Source: Eledone cirrhosa (taxonomy: Eukaryota). From it: a DNA stretch of 64,000 nucleotides. Below are positions 1-13,890 of the stretch, in pieces. Within the stretch, counting starts at the first letter, position 1. Each line of letters begins with the position of its first letter. A program made the translations under genes and the position numbers. Below the pieces are notes generated by a model. The model was not told the origin of the DNA. It saw only the letters and a program-made list of their open reading frames with translations, and searched no databases. The DNA is taken from contig OZ024756.1 of NCBI GenBank assembly GCA_964016885.1, forward strand, positions 32,302,001-32,366,000, in the 5' to 3' direction.

Positions 1-223
1 ATTTTAGTATCTCATCTTCTACTCAGTATGTTGTCACCTTGTATAGATTGTTTTGATAAATCACATGAATATCATGCCAAGCCCTATTTATCTACTTAGT
101 GTCATGCTTAAGACGAAAGCCGATAAATAAGATCCTGTGTGACTGCTAGATAAATGTAATGAATGAACGTTTGTAGAAAAATATGTTAGTTTCACTCTGT
201 ATCTCACTTCAAATCTCAGATAC

Positions 224-291
<68 letters not shown>

Positions 292-399
292 GTATATGTA
301 TACATATATACGTATATATAGGTATATATATGTATATATGTATACATATATAAATAGGTATATTTATAGTTATAGGTATATATATGAATATATGTATAC

Positions 400-446
<47 letters not shown>

Positions 447-732
447 CTTATCTGACGCAATGATAGAACACCATCTTTTGATGAATGTAAAATCAGTTTT
501 AATTATTTATGCGTTCAACTACTTCCTGGATGTACAACATTCCCTTCAGTACTATTTTATTTGTTATTGATTTATTTGTACATGTACTTACATTTGTTTA
601 TGGAAGCCATGTTAAAGTAAAAAATTAAAAACAGGAAAGCTAAATAGAAATTCCGAGAGGTTTGGCACTCCTTGGAATTAATTCTGAGATGTCTTTTACC
701 CTTTCCTATTTTGTTAAATTAATGATGTCAGT

Positions 733-942
733 CAGTAAACCGCGCCATAATGCGACACTGCTTTTATTTAGTCGATCGTTTCGACCCTTGTAATTGTATT
801 TTGAATCTGGTCCTTATTTTAGCGATCTCGTTTTTGTCGAAGAGACATAAACATACAAATATACCAGATTCAAAATACAATTACAAGGGCCGAAACGATC
901 GACTAAATAAAAGCAGTGTCGCATTATAGCCGCAGTTTACTG
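733..942. repeat. Fold-back inverted repeat of a diverged SINE 3' part
   Basis: 747-811 (ataatgcgacactgcttttatttagtcgatcgtttcgacccttgtaattgtattttgaatctggt) is the reverse complement of 863-927 with one mismatch. Imperfect pairing extends to 733/942. Confidence 0.9.
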
Positions 943-1082
943 AAATTATTTAGGCGGCATCTCGATTGTGGTATAACATCGGCTTGGCTACCGTATTGTG
1001 AGTGGAAATTTGCAAATGAATATTGTCGAAACAGGGCTTTATATATATATATATATATTTATTTATCTATATATATATATGA

Positions 1083-1148
<66 letters not shown>

Positions 1149-1370
1149 ATATTTGGGGAGGGTCATATTTGCGTAATATTGCCAGAATTAATAACAGAAC
1201 ACACTCACTGTTTGGTTGGTTTTCGCTTCTCGCTGTCTTTTATATATATATATCTGCGATCTAACTTACTCGGTCCTCAATGTTGCCATTGACTGACCGG
1301 CGGTCAAAAATAATACAGATACAATATAGACACAAACACATATATATAGTTTACATAATTTACATAAATC

Positions 1371-1398
1371 TTTCGTTGCACATCTGCAACATCGTCAG
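1371..1398 (-). ncRNA. Hammerhead ribozyme core, partial or degenerate
   Basis: Minus strand reads CTGACGA-T-GTTGCA-GATG-TGCAAC-GAAA, with both conserved boxes and a perfect 6-bp stem II. Stems I and III cannot be cleanly recovered. Confidence 0.55.
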
Positions 1399-1669
1399 TG
1401 GTGTTATATTCATTGTTCCTCCTGTTGTGTTGTATGTCTACGCCATTTTTTTTTTTGTTCAGTCTGTCTATATATTTATTTATTTATTTGCTTGTTTGTT
1501 TATCTTATTTTATTTTGTCTTCTTTGCGCATGCGTTTGCGTGTGTGTATAGTGTTATGTGTGATGTGTGACTAGTGTGTATAGTGTTGTGTCTGCTGGGT
1601 GACTAGTGTGTGTTTATGTGCTTGTGTATGTATTTGTTTATCTTATTTTATTTAATTTTATTTACTTAT

Positions 1670-1870
1670 TTATACTTCTCTTAGGTCAGTGTTGTTTGTT
1701 TGGGTGTTGTTGTTGTTCCACTCATTCTTTCTGTTTAGCTTTGGTCTTCTAATTTCTATTTCACTGGCCTCTCTGATTTGCCTATCTGCTGGGTCATTCC
1801 TATGTTTAGATATTATTCTAATTTCTATGTTGTCTATGTTACCGTCATGTTGTTGTCTAGCATGTTCTGT
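1670..1870 (-). pseudogene. GIY-YIG endonuclease C-terminal fragment (PLE type)
   Basis: Part of ORF 1670..1945. The motif HxxxxH...I.II.KH..DP..RQI.EA..I....P.LNRK.EW was recognised by eye. Confidence 0.65.
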
Positions 1871-1977
1871 TATTAATTCTGGCAATATTACGCAAATATG
1901 ACCCTCTCCAAATATAACAATATCTGTTTCGACACACGATTTCATATAAAAAACCTCGCAAAACTAATTCATCGCCG

Positions 1978-2040
<63 letters not shown>

Positions 2041-2048
<8 letters not shown>

Positions 2049-2141
2049 GGAACAACCGGCATACCGCCTACGGACGCATTTACCTGCAACCCTACTGCAA
2101 CTATATATATATATATATATACATACAAGCCCCACCCCGCC

Positions 2142-2172
<31 letters not shown>

Positions 2173-2222
2173 GCTGTAGGGTTACAGGTAAATGCGTCCG
2201 TAGGCGGTATGACGGTTTTTCC

Positions 2223-2230
<8 letters not shown>
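2041..2230. mobile_element. About 190-bp palindromic element embedded in (TA)n, MITE-like or fold-back
   Basis: tattataaggaacaaccggcataccgcctacggacgcatttacctgcaaccctactgcaac pairs with gttgctgtagggttacaggtaaatgcgtccgtaggcggtatgacggtttttccttataata (4 mismatches). There are (TA)n tracts on both sides and in the spacer. Confidence 0.8.
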
Positions 2231-2291
<61 letters not shown>

Positions 2292-4320
2292 TCATATATA
2301 TATATAGATAAATACATAAATAAATATATATATATATATATAAAGCCCTGCTTCGACAATATTCATTTGCAAATATTCCTTTGCAAATTTCCACTCACAA
2401 TATGGTAGCCAAGCCGATGTTATACCACAATCGAGATGCCGCCTAAATCATTTTTAACCTTTTTTACATTAAGTATTTGAGTGACTTCGTAAATATATGT
2501 AATCGTTCAGAGTTTCGTATATCTTAAGATTTTGTTAGTTGTGCACATATAAATTACTTCTGAGATTTCTATTTCCGATTAAATCGGGCGTTCTTTAATT
2601 AGAAAGCTTGTAGATATCAGTGTCTTATAGTTTAAAATAAAATGGTGTACTTAACTTTAATACGTTTTTAAAACTTTATAATGATTCTTTATATTCTACA
2701 TCTTTATTTCTTATCTCTATCGATTTGTCAATATGATATACTAGATAAGGGTGCTGGATTCGCAGTATGGATAGAACTTCAGACATGTTGCAGAATTCTG
2801 GCGTCAAGAGTATAAACTACCAGTTAAGTACAAGGTCGATATAAAATATTATCTCTTCATCCGAAATTGTTGGTCTTGAGCCAATGTTATACATTCTAAA
2901 CATATGAAACTTCTATCGTCTTACAGATAATTTGCCATGTCACAATTAATTTCTAACATAGAAAAATACCTCCATGTTCAGTAGAGTTAATTTCTCACAT
3001 TAATTGAACATAGTAATTGTCTTGAGCATCTGAACGATGAAATGTAAAGTGAGTTTGATTTGAACTCTCAACGGAAGGGTTATAACTGAATACTGCAGTG
3101 TAGTATATACGACATAGTCACGTACCATTACTGATTTCTAGCCCACATACAATTCTATACTGAATATGTCGGCCTTTTTAAATATGTAATATAATTGGTG
3201 TCTTACTGATAGTGTCATATTTACGATTTGAGCTCTCCCCACTCTTACTTGGAATCTAAATAGGAGTCAAAGCCTACCAGTCAAGGCATGATTAAGTTGT
3301 GTGAAGGAGAACCAAGCAAGCATGAGCATTGCCTGTCATAAGAATATGCTCGTAACAGAGCCTGCACCCATACTGGAGATGTATCTCTCTTCAACCAATA
3401 CTCTATAGTGATCAAGAGAACTGAAGAATAAAGATAATAAGAATATTATAAAATAGAGACAGATTTAGAAAGCAAAGTTAGTAAAGAACTACGAAAAATA
3501 CATTTTTCTCTGTAGTGGCGTTTTGTGAATCATAAGCTTTGCCATACAAAAGGTATTTACAAACCTTGAATAGAAAATCTCAAGCTATAAAAACTTTTAC
3601 ATTTACATATACCACATTCCCTTTAAAGTAAACATTTCGTTTCATTAAAAAAAACTAACAAAAGTCTACTTTGATTTCTCTCTGTACGTTTGCAATAAGA
3701 TTGATAATATATCCTTAGAATATGAATATTTGCTAGTTAATAATATTTATGCTCAATAAACCATAAACAATGCGTTATTATTTTTGTTTTTACTCCAGAT
3801 TATTTGATTAAAATGCAACAGGAGCAAAAGGAACAGTAATAAAAATTCATTACAATTATTGATTGATAGAGTGTGAAATTTACGATGTTCCATTGCAACA
3901 AATAAAAGCCAGTTTTCTAGATTGCGTTTGCATATTTTTAGTTTGAAGTTTTAAAACAACAAACAAACGTGTAATTATCAATTATTGCGCTTGTTACATC
4001 AACTTAATTCTACAATTTCAGTTTATTATTTCAATGAAGCTTTTCTTCTACATTGGTTATATTCCAAAATATACAAAACAAAATGCAAAACAAGTGACAA
4101 TAACATCAACAACAACAATAACAAGACCAAACAAAATGGAGGAAGAGAATCAGGAAGAGTAAGAACAACTATGATCATATAACAGCATTTATTGATTATT
4201 TTAAAGAAAAATATTTTTAGTGCGTCTCTGTTCTTTTCTCATCTATTTTGTGACTGTAGCTTGTGTTTCTGATATGCATATATATATACACTAACACACA
4301 TATACACCTATACATACTCA

Positions 4321-4440
<120 letters not shown>

Positions 4441-4482
4441 TATACACACTAACACACATATACACTTATACATACTCAAACA

Positions 4483-4536
<54 letters not shown>

Positions 4537-4817
4537 ATTTGTTTTATGAAATATTCTGCCAACTGCGTAATTGATATGGAGCAGTGAGACTCTAAACATC
4601 AAATACAATTTTTGTATTGAATTTCTACAGATTTTTGTTTGTACTATAAAGCAGAGCAACTTGTGTGTATGAACCTCTGTGTGTCTTTCCATTTTCGTGT
4701 GTGTTGGCACTAAAAGTGTGTGTATATTATGAATCAGGTTATATATCTAAATTTCAGAGGGAGTAATGAGCACTTTGATATGGGAATTTTGCACATAATA
4801 TATAGCCAGGGAAATAT

Positions 4818-4943
<126 letters not shown>

Positions 4944-5104
4944 AAACATGTCAATAAATATATATATATATGTGTGTGTGTATGTAAACATGTCAATAAA
5001 TATAAATATGTTTATGTGTATGTATATAAATGTTTGTATACATGTGCAATTATGTAAGTGTGTATGTATTCGCGAGCACATAGAAATAATCGGGCTGGAT
5101 ACCC

Positions 5105-5490
5105 GATCGCGCGGTTAAACCACTGGGAGTGAAGGGCCCCTAGCCTTTGTCAGAGCATTCTTCTAGGAGATGGCAACTCAGGAAACTGGGATAACTCCGA
5201 CATAAAACCTGCGGCTCAGTAGTTGTCGATGATGTTGATATTTTCTTCTTTTCATGTTATAGATAATGTCGCTCAGAGAGTGGGATTGGCTCAGTGCACG
5301 GTCTTTCTTCACTTTAAAAACATCTTCACGCACAGGCATTGCACGATAGAATAAATTGATACTTATTAATAATGGTATATCGTGCAATGACCATACTCGA
5401 TATAGAGGGGGCAGCCATCATGTATGTATGTATGTATGTATGTATGTATGTATGTATGTATGTATGTATGTATGTATGTATGTATGTATG
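5105..5490. mobile_element. (TATG)n-associated interspersed repeat, diverged copy plus (ATGT)n tract
   Basis: Similar to 5684-6073 (cccctagcctttgtca...ggcagcca), followed by (atgt)n at 5420-5490. Confidence 0.65.
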
Positions 5491-6093
5491 TCAGGTCACC
5501 AGTTGGTGCTACTGGTAACATGTATCCCAGTACAACCTGTCTCATGGTCGGGTCGTTGGCGACTAAACTGGCAACCCCACCAAGGTTTCTTGGTGAAGAG
5601 GGTGACTTTGGACATCCTGCAGGACTAAAAACAAAACCTGTCAAAGGGCAAAGGAGCTCTTAAGAGTCAATGGCCATCCAAAATCACTGGGAGAGATGAC
5701 CCCTTAGCCTTTGTCAAGGCAGAATTAACACAAGCAACCCTCATGGTATCCAATGATGTTGAATTGTTCTTCTTTTTGGTAAATATCATCTTGGTTAATA
5801 GAGTGGGACTGGCTTTTTACAGTGCCTTTGCTCACTATAAAAGCTTCACGACACAGGCATTGCTTTATATCTGGAGATCTCTCTGCACTTGTCGTCACAT
5901 GCTACCATGGGCCCAGCACTATGTGTCAATAATTGTCACAAGTGTAGTGTTTGTACCAGAGTTTTCAAGTCGCTGGCTGCACTAAAACGTCACACTCGTT
6001 CAGCGCATCGGTAGGGGTTCTCCTACATGGATATAAAGTAGTGGCCGTACTCGAAAACGAGTTGGCAGCCAGCATGTATTTATGTATGTATGT
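5490..6093. mobile_element. (TATG)n-associated interspersed repeat, longest copy
   Basis: 5692-6073 is nearly identical to 52855-53259 and 53661-53924. It ends gagttggcagccagc followed by atgtatttatgtatgtatgta. Confidence 0.8.
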
Positions 6094-6271
6094 AGTCTCA
6101 GTAGAATTAACATAGCATGAATCACTAATGTTTCAGGTGCATGTTATATGATCTCAGTTTAAAAAACCCTAGGGCACACCTTAGGTATATTTTTTTATAC
6201 ATAAATATATTGTAAACCCTGACATCGATATCATTTACCTCATTCACTCAAAATTCTCCAAGTTGAAGTTT

Positions 6272-6272
6272 T

Positions 6273-6328
<56 letters not shown>

Positions 6329-6377
6329 TCTACTACTACTACTGCTGATGCTGCTGATGCTGCTACTGTTGCTGCTG

Positions 6378-6443
<66 letters not shown>

Positions 6444-6503
6444 TTGCTGATGCTGATGCTGATGCTGATGCTGTTGTTGCTGCTGCTGTTACTGCTGCTG
6501 TTG

Positions 6504-6549
<46 letters not shown>
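6272..6549. repeat. Compound (CTA)n/(GCT/GAT)n microsatellite
   Basis: Direct reading. Confidence 0.95.
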
Positions 6550-6865
6550 ACTTCTTCGCCAGCTTATTCTTGAGAGGGTTGTTGGAGCGGAGCAGGGTTA
6601 TCAGACACGCCTTTTAGAAACCGACTCATGGTCCACGTCTGGATAGCCCCGGCTGGTTATTTTTTTTTTCGAAACATTTCCCCCCTCCCCGATTCGGAGA
6701 AGTAGTGGCTCTATCTGGAACGACTAACGTTATTCCAAGGACAAAACCCCATTTCGACCGCTATTATCCACGATCCAATTCTTTCGTAAACACTTCGTAA
6801 TTATTTCATAATTCTAGGATTGTAAAAGTACTCGAGGTATCAATGTATAACCCATTTAATTAAAA

Positions 6866-7057
6866 ATAATTGTTTCTACTATTGGCACAAGGCCAGAAAA
6901 TTACCCAGTACATTACTGGTACTTTATTTTATCGACCCCGTAAGGATGAAAGGCAAAGTTAACCTCGGCGGGATTTGAACTCAGAATGGCAAGGGCCGTA
7001 ACTCTATGCGTCAAAGCATGGCGTCCGAACCTCTACCGATACTGCCAATCCACCGCC
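6866..7057 (-). mobile_element. tRNA-derived SINE, main family, full length with target-site duplication
   Basis: A-box-like tggcagtatcgg, B-box gagttcaaatccc and core gaggttaactttgcctttcatccttacggggtcgataaaataaagtaccag. Flanked by the direct repeat ccatttaattaaaaataatt (6852-6871 and 7056-7075). Confidence 0.9.
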
Positions 7058-7599
7058 ATTTAATTAAAAATAATTCACTCTAGGTACATTCAATACTAGT
7101 AGAAATAGTAATAACAATCAAAAGCAGTCTCTGGTATCCCATACGCCTTCAAGCCTTTTATGCAACATCGGTTTATTATATTTTACAATTAGACTTATGA
7201 AAAAAAAATCCATGTTATACCTACAGCGATAATATTGTTGGTTTCATTATAATTATTATTATCCTCATCATCACTATTCGAATTAAAATATAAATAGAAG
7301 CATCGCCATTACATTTACTGCATAATGTAGTCTAATAATGGCGGCTTATAACCCTGGACGGAAAACGTTCGGTATCAGCACATTATAATGATTATTGCTG
7401 TTATTATTATCAATCAGAAAACATTATTTCAAGTTTGCCAGTTCTTAGACTGATGATGATCTCTATAATAGGTGGCCGTGTGCCTTAAACCGAAAAATTA
7501 TTGTTAATATTAATAATAGTAGTACTACTGGTATTGTTGTTGATGTTTTTATAGCCTTATTTTATTTCATTACTTAGCATAGCTTGGTGTGTCTTGGTT

Positions 7600-8100
7600 A
7601 TGTGCAGTGTTGTTTTGTATCCACACGTATTTCCATGGAATGTATGCTTCCCATTCTGCCTTTATTCAATGCTGCTTTCGTGCATTTTCCCAGACAAAAT
7701 TTCTTCCCTACATCATCGCTGAACACCTTAACTGTCTTAAACAGTCCTTCCTGTTCACTGACATTTTTTGGCATACGGTTTCAAGTCATCCATATAAAAC
7801 AGATGATTTATAGTTTCACCGTCTATTTTGTAGCCATCTTTCATTTTGTTGAGCTCAAGAGTCAAACGTATGAGTGGAATGCAAAATATAAGGGATAAAA
7901 ACGAATCACCTTGAAAAATACCACATTTAATGCTGACGTTACTAGAATTTATAGTTTCATCAGAGTGTGAGAGTAATAGATTTATATTCCATAGAGACAT
8001 GTATTTAGGAAGGTTTGATAATACTAGCGGAAATTTCAAAAACATTCAAACATTCAAAATATTCAAAGTTTCCCAAATCCTATCCATAATAGGGGCACAC
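7600..8100 (-). pseudogene. R4/Dong-like non-LTR retrotransposon reverse transcriptase fragment
   Basis: ORF 7755..8045 reads IKCGIFQGDSFLSLIFCI...INHLFYMDDLKPYAK (RT motifs QGDS and YMDD). After a stop it continues with ..KTVKVFSDDVGKKFCLGKCTK. Confidence 0.85.
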
Positions 8101-8244
8101 GATCACACACTTTTTTAATAGTTAATCCAAGCAGTAATCAAATTCCTCCTTTGTCTGTCTGTCTGTCTGTCTGTCTTCCTTCTTCTTCTTCTTCTTCTTC
8201 CTTATCCACCGTCATCATCGCCGTCATTCTTCTTCTCCCTATTC

Positions 8245-8301
<57 letters not shown>

Positions 8302-8494
8302 CCACCATCATCATCATTCAACTCAGAATCTTATGTAAGTATTCACGTCTGTGACATACCATATAAACCATCACTCTTTCCACCCTAACTTTCATTGTTC
8401 CTCCCACACACCATCACAAAGTATTACCCCTTCCTCTTCTTCTCCTCCTCCTCCAACTCCTTCTTCTCCTTCGTATTATTATCATTAATAATAT

Positions 8495-8680
8495 TATAAG
8501 GCTGGCAGATTGACGAAGTCGGTAGAGCGACGGACAAGTTGTTTGCAGTACTTAGTTACGATGTTCTACGTTCTAATGTCTAATCCTGGCGATGTTATCT
8601 TTGAATTAAATCCTTCCAGGGTCAAGAAATTATAATACCAGTAAAACACTGTGGTCAATTGACTCCCCCTTCAAATTAGG
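8495..8680 (+). mobile_element. Old diverged SINE copy
   Basis: ggctggcagattgacgaagtcggtagagcgacggac...tccttccaggggtcaagaaattataataccagt resembles the main SINE. Confidence 0.6.
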
Positions 8681-8867
8681 GTAAAAGATTTGATAGCTAA
8701 CCCAGAAAATGAAATTTTCCTAACATCTATGTTCAAATACAGGACATGAGTTCTGTGCTGTCTGTTCTTCTAGTTTGCATAATACCTTAGAATAATTTAT
8801 ATTACCACACTACGGAAGATTTATGTTAGATGCAGTAGTGAAGTAACATATACATACACACACATAA

Positions 8868-8899
<32 letters not shown>

Positions 8900-8953
8900 A
8901 ATATCTATGCCCATAAATATGAATATCTATTTGTCTATCTATTTCTCCCTCTT

Positions 8954-9612
<659 letters not shown>

Positions 9613-9912
9613 CTAAGTGATATTTGCAGCATGTAAGGATGTAAGGAGTATAGTAAATACTTTGACTTGCGGTTAAAATGATCGATGTAGGGTTAAGACC
9701 AGGTGAAATGTGAATGCCAAACTGTGAACTTAAAAAATTTATAGAATCACATGGCAAACGGAAACAACGTAATTGACGATTTCCATCCAGACTTTCGAAA
9801 CGATCATTCATATTATATTAGAGAATAATAATTATGAGGACTTCTGTTGAATATATTTAATCTATTATATATATAAATTTCTCCTTGTTTATTATTTATT
9901 GACATTGTACGT

Positions 9913-9996
<84 letters not shown>

Positions 9997-10037
9997 GTAT
10001 ATAATTATAAACAATAGTTTCTATGGTATCAAATGTG

Positions 10038-10155
10038 TTATTTTATCGACCCCGTAAGGATGAAAGGCAAAGTTAACCTCGGCGGGATTTGAACTCGGAC
10101 CGTAAAGGGACGTAACTATGCTGGAAAGCATGGCGTCCAACTCTTTACCGATAAT
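10038..10155 (-). mobile_element. SINE internal fragment
   Basis: ttttatcgaccccgtaaggatgaaaggcaaagttaacctcggcgggatttgaactc. Confidence 0.85.
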
Positions 10156-10382
10156 TCCAATGAATAATGATATATATTTATGTGTATATACATACAATAT
10201 ACATACACATACACACATTAAGGGTGAAAAGAGGGATTCTTTGTTTAAACTTTAATCTGTTCTTATAATAAATAAATAAATAAATAAATAAATATATATA
10301 TATATATATGTATTTATGTATGTATATACACATACATATTAATATACATATATATATATATATTTATACATATATATATTAA

Positions 10383-10485
10383 TGTTGACTACATCGGAAT
10401 ATCACAGGATACCTCTCATATGCATATATATATATATATATATATATGCATATGAGAGGTATCTTGTGATATTGTGATGTCATCA

Positions 10486-10488
<3 letters not shown>
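10383..10488. repeat. Imperfect palindrome centred on (TA)n
   Basis: tgttgactacatcggaatatcacaggatacctctcatatgca-(TA)n-tgcatatgagaggtatcttgtgatattgtgatgtcatcaaca. Confidence 0.85.
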
Positions 10489-10516
<28 letters not shown>

Positions 10517-11352
10517 ATTATTTCAAATTACATCAACACATTTGATACCATAGAGACTGAACCTACTTATTTTAAACCTTGCACCATAATGTTTTGTAAC
10601 GCTGTTTGTATTATATTCAAACAACCAAAGTATTAACGAGAAAGGCGGTTATCTTATCTTCCTAAGACTTTTAAATTGTTGTTGGTTTTTCAATTTATTT
10701 TAAAATCATTGTCAATATCTTTCTTTTAAAACATGGTAAGGCAAGGGTTAATTGGTTTAATAATATATAACAGTAAGTGTGGTCAAAGAATGAACTGAAA
10801 GACATTGAAATCGTTGGTGTTGTTGTTGATGTTGTTGTTATTGTTACTCATCATTATATTGTATTCGTTGCTTTTGTTTTTCAGATAATGTTATCTCCAG
10901 TTAAACAGGCTTACAATCAAAGAAACTCCATTCATCAAAATATCTTGTTCTTTTTATTCGGTTTATTTATATAATATGTATCTACGGCTATCTTGAACCA
11001 TCAGCCATTTTGTGTTTAGTTTTGTAGTTCACATTTGGTTGAGTTTTGTTTGGTATTTATTGTGGATTAAACCACCTCCGCCGAGAGAAATTACACAGGT
11101 TTATACATCTCGGGGTTGGCCAAATAAATACCAGTAATTAGCCAGTATTAATTATAAACATTACACTAATGTAATGGTAGAGGATACTTTCCTATTGATT
11201 TTGAAAAAAATAATGATGTTTGTGATTTCATTCATCAAAAGATAATTTAATTGTAATTCATCTTTTTTCTATTGATATTCATAGATTTTTATTAAAATAA
11301 TTTATTTATTTACATGTATTCAACTTATTATAGCTTGTTATTTTATGTTATT

Positions 11353-11463
<111 letters not shown>

Positions 11464-11492
11464 CTATGTATATGTATGTGTGTATGTGTGTT

Positions 11493-11529
<37 letters not shown>

Positions 11530-11574
11530 TATATGAATATATATATATATAAATATATCTATCTATATCTATAT

Positions 11575-11653
<79 letters not shown>

Positions 11654-11713
11654 GTATGTGTGTGTGTGTACAAATATGAATATATGTATGCACATATATA
11701 TATTTAAATATGT

Positions 11714-11785
<72 letters not shown>

Positions 11786-12132
11786 TCTAACTTATTTTCA
11801 GTATTTATTTTATGTATTTACTTATTTATTTATACTTTGTTAAAATTTTAATGAATTGAATAAAAAAGAGCGTTGTCAAAATTAATAGCAGATTATCTGA
11901 ACGCGAATACTACAAAAATAATCTCATCAGCTAAAATAAAAAGAATGAATATTGCTTCCAAATACAATATAGATGGCTTGACACGATCGATCAGTGTTCA
12001 TTAAGCTTAATTGTGTAATCTTGGTACACAAAAGAATTTCATTTAACACATTTGAATGTCTTTTACTAATACACCATTGCAGTGTGTCACAAATCGCAGG
12101 AGATGAAAGCAATACTTCACTTTCTTAGAACA

Positions 12133-12166
12133 TAACAACAACAACAACAACAACAACAACAAAAAT

Positions 12167-12222
<56 letters not shown>

Positions 12223-12401
12223 AAACAGCAACAATAATAACAATAATAATACAATTAGTATTCTTATAAATAATAACGTGAGTTTTAGAATAATTATTAA
12301 ACACATGATTATAGATACTTACTGCTACTACTACTACTACTACTACCACTACTACTACTACAACTACTACTACTACTACTACTACCACTACTACTACTAC
12401 A

Positions 12402-12473
<72 letters not shown>

Positions 12474-12556
12474 GTAGATAGTACTGCTGCTACTATTATT
12501 ACTATCAATGTGAATAATAATAATTTTGACAATCACCTCCACCACCCAACATCACA

Positions 12557-12587
<31 letters not shown>

Positions 12588-12610
12588 AAGAAGAAGAAGA
12601 AGAAGAAGAA
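12133..12610. repeat. (CAA)n, (CTA)n and (GAA)n microsatellite cluster
   Basis: Direct reading. Confidence 0.95.
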
Positions 12611-13859
12611 TCCCTTTTATTGTCCAGAAGGGCGCACAACTTTGAGTAACAGCAGAAACTCTTGTTTGACATAGAGTAAATGCTAAAAAACATCAGCATA
12701 CTTATGAAAATATATATATAGGTAGTGTATGTAATAGCACCCAGTGGTGCGAGGAGGCGAAAGTTGATTAAACTGACCCCATTATCAAACTGGTACTTTA
12801 TTTTATTGAACCCAGTAGGATACAAACAACGTTGACCTCGTCTGAGTCAAGATCGAGGTTTCAATATTACAAATAAATTGCTACAATTCATTTTGTCTGA
12901 TGATGCTCTAACGATCCTGTCCATTGTCAGCTAATGATAATACTTTAATTCAGGCAAAAGATCAGCAATTCCGAATGAAGCAGAAAGTGGATTAAATCAA
13001 CCGCATTGCTTGCTCTCGGTACGATTTAAACTCAGATCATAGTGAGCCAGATCAAATACTGACCCATTTATCCCGAACATATAACGACTCTGCCAATTCG
13101 CCAACAGCGACAGAAACGATGCAAAGAAGCACCTAAACTTAATCGCTAATGGGGTTTTCTTTGTTATTAAGAAATTCAGTTGCATTTTAAACGGACCTAT
13201 TACACATTGCGCTAACGTGTAAGTAAATTATCAAATATTTCATAGAAATGTGTACATATAATGTAATTATGAAGACGAATCAATGATACACAATATATAA
13301 CGAAGCTGGACTCTTCGCATACAGACACAATCCATCTGACAAATTCCACTCACTTTCCGTCAACCAAATGTCACTTAAAATGCTTAGGTAGACCCAATGC
13401 TAATGTAAAACAATATTTCCAAACCAAAATATGTAACGATTATCTGTATTATGAGAACCAACCGTATTTTAAAAATATACATTTAAAAACAAGTGTAGTA
13501 TGTAAATGTGTAGTAGAATTGAATCAGTGAAGAAAACGCGACAAGATAATAAACCTTATAGGCACATAATAGAAAGTAATATTGAGAATAGCGAAAAATT
13601 GAAACTAACATATTTTGCCGTTTCTTAAATGGCAAAATTTGTCTTTGGTGCTGAGAAGTGTTTTCTAATTTCAACAGACGCTTTCAGCTCAAATTACCCG
13701 CAACAAAAGAACGGCACAGAAATAGTTTAATGGAAGTATTTTAGTTACAAATACCTAAAGACAGTGAAAAGTTAAGGGAATGGGAATTTAATATAGGAAA
13801 GTATGAAATTTAATTATATACTTAAATGTTTAAGGGATTTTGGTCTTCATAATTATTAC

Positions 13860-13890
<31 letters not shown>

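Larger units (their letters stand above)
1143..1922 (-). mobile_element. Penelope-like retroelement 3' relic with inverted terminal segment, ending in (TA)n
   Basis: The minus-strand peptide EHARQQHDGNIDNIEIRIISKHRNDPADRQIREASEIEIRRPKLNRKNEWN resembles the C-terminal half of PLE GIY-YIG endonucleases. A hammerhead core lies at 1371-1398. Segments 1144-1200 and 1864-1920 are inverted repeats with one mismatch. Confidence 0.75.
946..2450. repeat. Long-range inverted duplication, arms about 946-1142 and 2230-2450
   Basis: ttaggcggcatctcgattgtggtataacatcggcttggctacc...gaatattgtcgaa..agggcttta(TA)n...gagtac(AT)n recurs reverse-complemented at 2230-2450, including the gagtac interruption in the TA tract. 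Confidence 0.9.

Noticed and set aside
1144-1920. Interpretation as a DNA-transposon MITE with 57-bp TIRs
   Set aside because: The internal GIY-YIG-like peptide, the hammerhead core and a second copy with only one end favour a Penelope-like origin.
6866-7057. Functional tRNA genes at SINE heads
   Set aside because: A/B boxes are present, but there is no cloverleaf and each continues into the SINE body.
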